A stretch of 64,000 nt of DNA from an uncultured Acidobacteriota bacterium. Its GTDB lineage: Bacteria > Acidobacteriota > Thermoanaerobaculia > Multivoradales > UBA5704. This document shows, piece by piece, positions 62,138 through 64,000 of the stretch (position 1 is the first letter of the stretch; each line of letters begins with the position of its first letter). The notes beneath the pieces were generated by a model, which did not search any database, was not told the origin of the DNA, and worked only from the letters and a program-made list of their open reading frames with translations. Location of the stretch: assembly GCA_963770895.1 (NCBI GenBank), contig CAVYRF010000001.1:1664001-1728000 (forward strand). Direction: 5' to 3'. The position numbers and the translations under genes were made by a program.

Positions 62138-62302
62138 TAGTGGCCTGTCCTGTTCGAATCGAAAGCGCCTGGCTGGCCTGCAACGGCAGGTGCGGCGTTG
62201 CGCGTCCTCGACATAGTTCCGACTATGCCTGCGGACGCGCGCCTGGCCCCTGCCGTCGCAGTCTGCGCCATCCGCTTTCGAATTCTCCAGGACAGGCCAC
62301 TA
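62138..62302. mobile_element. 165-bp TA-flanked inverted-repeat element, second copy (opposite orientation)
   Basis: Terminal IR (C)TAGTGGCCTGTCCTG; 57-bp core shared with the 39316 copy. Confidence 0.85.
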
Positions 62303-62549
62303 GCGGCCAAGTTTATCCCAGGCTGCAACCGAACGCGCCACGCCTCCCAAGCACCAGCCCGGGCGGGCTGCAGCAGCCCTGATCGATCGTCCAGCGTGCG
62401 CAATTTGGTGAAAAGTCCACCTTTTGTGGATACGGTATTCAGCGATAGCGGTAGCAAGGCGCAAGATGTGTGCCGCGGGGTGCCGGGAGACAGCCGGAAG
62501 CCGGTGGCTCGTGGGTGCCCGGAGACGGGCGCTTGGTAGAATCGTGAAA

Positions 62550-63191
62550 ATGCTGTCCGCTCTCGGCTATTGGATTGAAGACCTGTGGGACGAAAAGCTC
62601 CCGGCGCCGCAAGAGCTGGTTGCCCCGAAACCGCACGCAGACTCGGCCGCGCTGGTGAGCTATCTCGATGCCGGCGTGCCTTGCGAGCAGTATCGTGGAA
62701 AGTCCTGGTGTCGATTCGGATGTTACGGAGCGGACCTGGATATGGGCAGCCGCGACCTCATCGACGGGGTTTGGGTCTGGCCGCAAGGGCTCTCTCACTA
62801 CGTGTCGGTGCACGGCGTGATGCTCCCCGACCCATTCATCGCGCGAGCGCTCTCCGCAGCCCGCATCCAGGCTCCCCAGGTGAAACAAGAGCAAGACTTT
62901 GGGTTTTGGCATACCTGGTCCTCGGAGCACAGGTCGCCCCTTCTCCTGAAGCGCCTGCGGGAGGCGCGACAGGTTGCGGAGGTGCGTGTCGAAGAGGATT
63001 TGCGCCGACGCGCCCAGGCGATGGAGCAGGAAAAGGGCCTGGCGAAGGACCGTTGCCGCTGGCAAGGCTGCGTCCAACTCGCGATCGCCGGCGCCAACCT
63101 TTGCGCCTGGCACGCCCTCAAGCAGTGGCACAATCCTCGACTCGGCCCGGTGGGCCCGCTCTTCCTCGAAGCCCTCAGGGGCGCATTGTAG
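62550..63191 (+). CDS. Hypothetical Cys/His-motif protein
   Basis: YRGKSWCRFGC; WVWPQGLSHYV; C-terminal CRWQGC...CAWH. Confidence 0.65.
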   Translation: MLSALGYWIEDLWDEKLPAPQELVAPKPHADSAALVSYLDAGVPCEQYRGKSWCRFGCYGADLDMGSRDLIDGVWVWPQGLSHYVSVHGVMLPDPFIARALSAARIQAPQVKQEQDFGFWHTWSSEHRSPLLLKRLREARQVAEVRVEEDLRRRAQAMEQEKGLAKDRCRWQGCVQLAIAGANLCAWHALKQWHNPRLGPVGPLFLEALRGAL

Positions 63192-63246
63192 GAGCGTCCC
63201 GCCGGCGTCCACCCGGACGCCGTACCAGGCCGGGCATCGGTTCAGC

Positions 63247-63735
63247 TCAGCGGCGCGGGGGTGCGTCAGCTGGGGTGTGGTCGGGGGCTGGGTTGGTGGG
63301 GGACGGGGAGGGGGCGGGTGCGACCAGGAAGTTGCCGATGGTGCCGTCTTCGCCGAAGGTCCATTCGAGCAGGACCGGGCTGCTGGTTTTGCTGAAGCTG
63401 GCGCGGCGGCGATAGATCGCGTAGCCAGGCCCGGCGGTGGAGGTTTCGGCGAGCACCGACTGTTCGGTTCCCAGCCTGTCCGTGAGGTCGTTGCGGAAGT
63501 GGGTCAGCAGGGCGGGGGAGGGGTAGCGGTTGCGCATCGCCGGACCGAAGCGAGCCCAAAGGCGGTGGAAGTCGCCGTCGTAGAACCACTGGGTGTAGAC
63601 GCGTCCGCGCTGGATCGGCGGCGGCACCCGCTGGGATGGCGCCGGCTGGCGCGCCACACCGGCGGACGCCAGACACGCTGCGAGGGCTGCGCCGGCGAAG
63701 ATCCGACGGACGATGGGGCGGCGCACGGTCTTCAC
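63247..63735 (-). CDS. Secreted hypothetical protein (DUF3887-like)
   Basis: Signal peptide; GGAGG RBS; FYDGDF..LWARF. Confidence 0.6.
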   Translation of the reverse strand: MKTVRRPIVRRIFAGAALAACLASAGVARQPAPSQRVPPPIQRGRVYTQWFYDGDFHRLWARFGPAMRNRYPSPALLTHFRNDLTDRLGTEQSVLAETSTAGPGYAIYRRRASFSKTSSPVLLEWTFGEDGTIGNFLVAPAPSPSPTNPAPDHTPADAPPRR

Positions 63736-63941
63736 AGGCACGGAACCTCCATCGCCATGGTGACCGGCGGCATCAGGGTCGCGCACCGGAATCGGGGAGC
63801 GAAGCCGACGACCGTCATTTGCTTGATTGTACGCCAGGAGCTTTGCGAAAGGCCCGCGGCCGGCATCCTCCCCCTCCAACGGTCTTTCGACCGCAAGGAT
63901 GCCGGCCGCTTGCCGTCCAGCCCAAAAGGACGCTGCGCGGC

Positions 63942-64000
63942 TTACTTGCCAGCCTGCGGCGGCGCCTCTTCCTTCAGCATGCCGGTGATCAGCTTGCGCA
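63942..64000 (-). CDS. 3' end of a gene entering from beyond the window
   Basis: Reads ...RKLITGMLKEEAPPQAGK* with GC3 bias. Confidence 0.5.
   Translation of the reverse strand, partial: RKLITGMLKEEAPPQAGK

Overview
High-GC bacterial chromosomal window; the gene repertoire (TPR/CHAT-ECF loci, kinase-TolB receptors, TonB receptor, XRE-TPR proteins) suggests Acidobacteriota/Thermoanaerobaculia, which is an inference. It holds about 50 CDSs. Housekeeping genes include a fused 2-oxoacid dehydrogenase E1, etfB/etfA, murJ, pgi and a MacAB-TolC-like efflux operon. There are two accessory regions. (i) 1-8 kb: an ECF sigma with a hydrophobic C-tail, an anti-sigma-like protein and a TPR lipoprotein lie divergent from a CHAT (caspase-like) protease operon encoding membrane and exported proteins. 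(ii) 25-32 kb: an exported caspase/C13-like protease with a thioredoxin, a 31-aa peptide upstream of an internally duplicated TPR protein, an XRE-TPR regulator, and a toxin-antitoxin remnant between 178-bp direct repeats. Non-coding highlight: a family of 165-bp TA-flanked hairpin elements with a conserved core and covarying arms (39316, 62138, fragment at 55444). Two unrelated secreted proteins share a C-terminal domain ending AFPCP. No rRNA, tRNA, CRISPR array or transposase was recognised. All calls come from reading motifs by eye; no database search was run.
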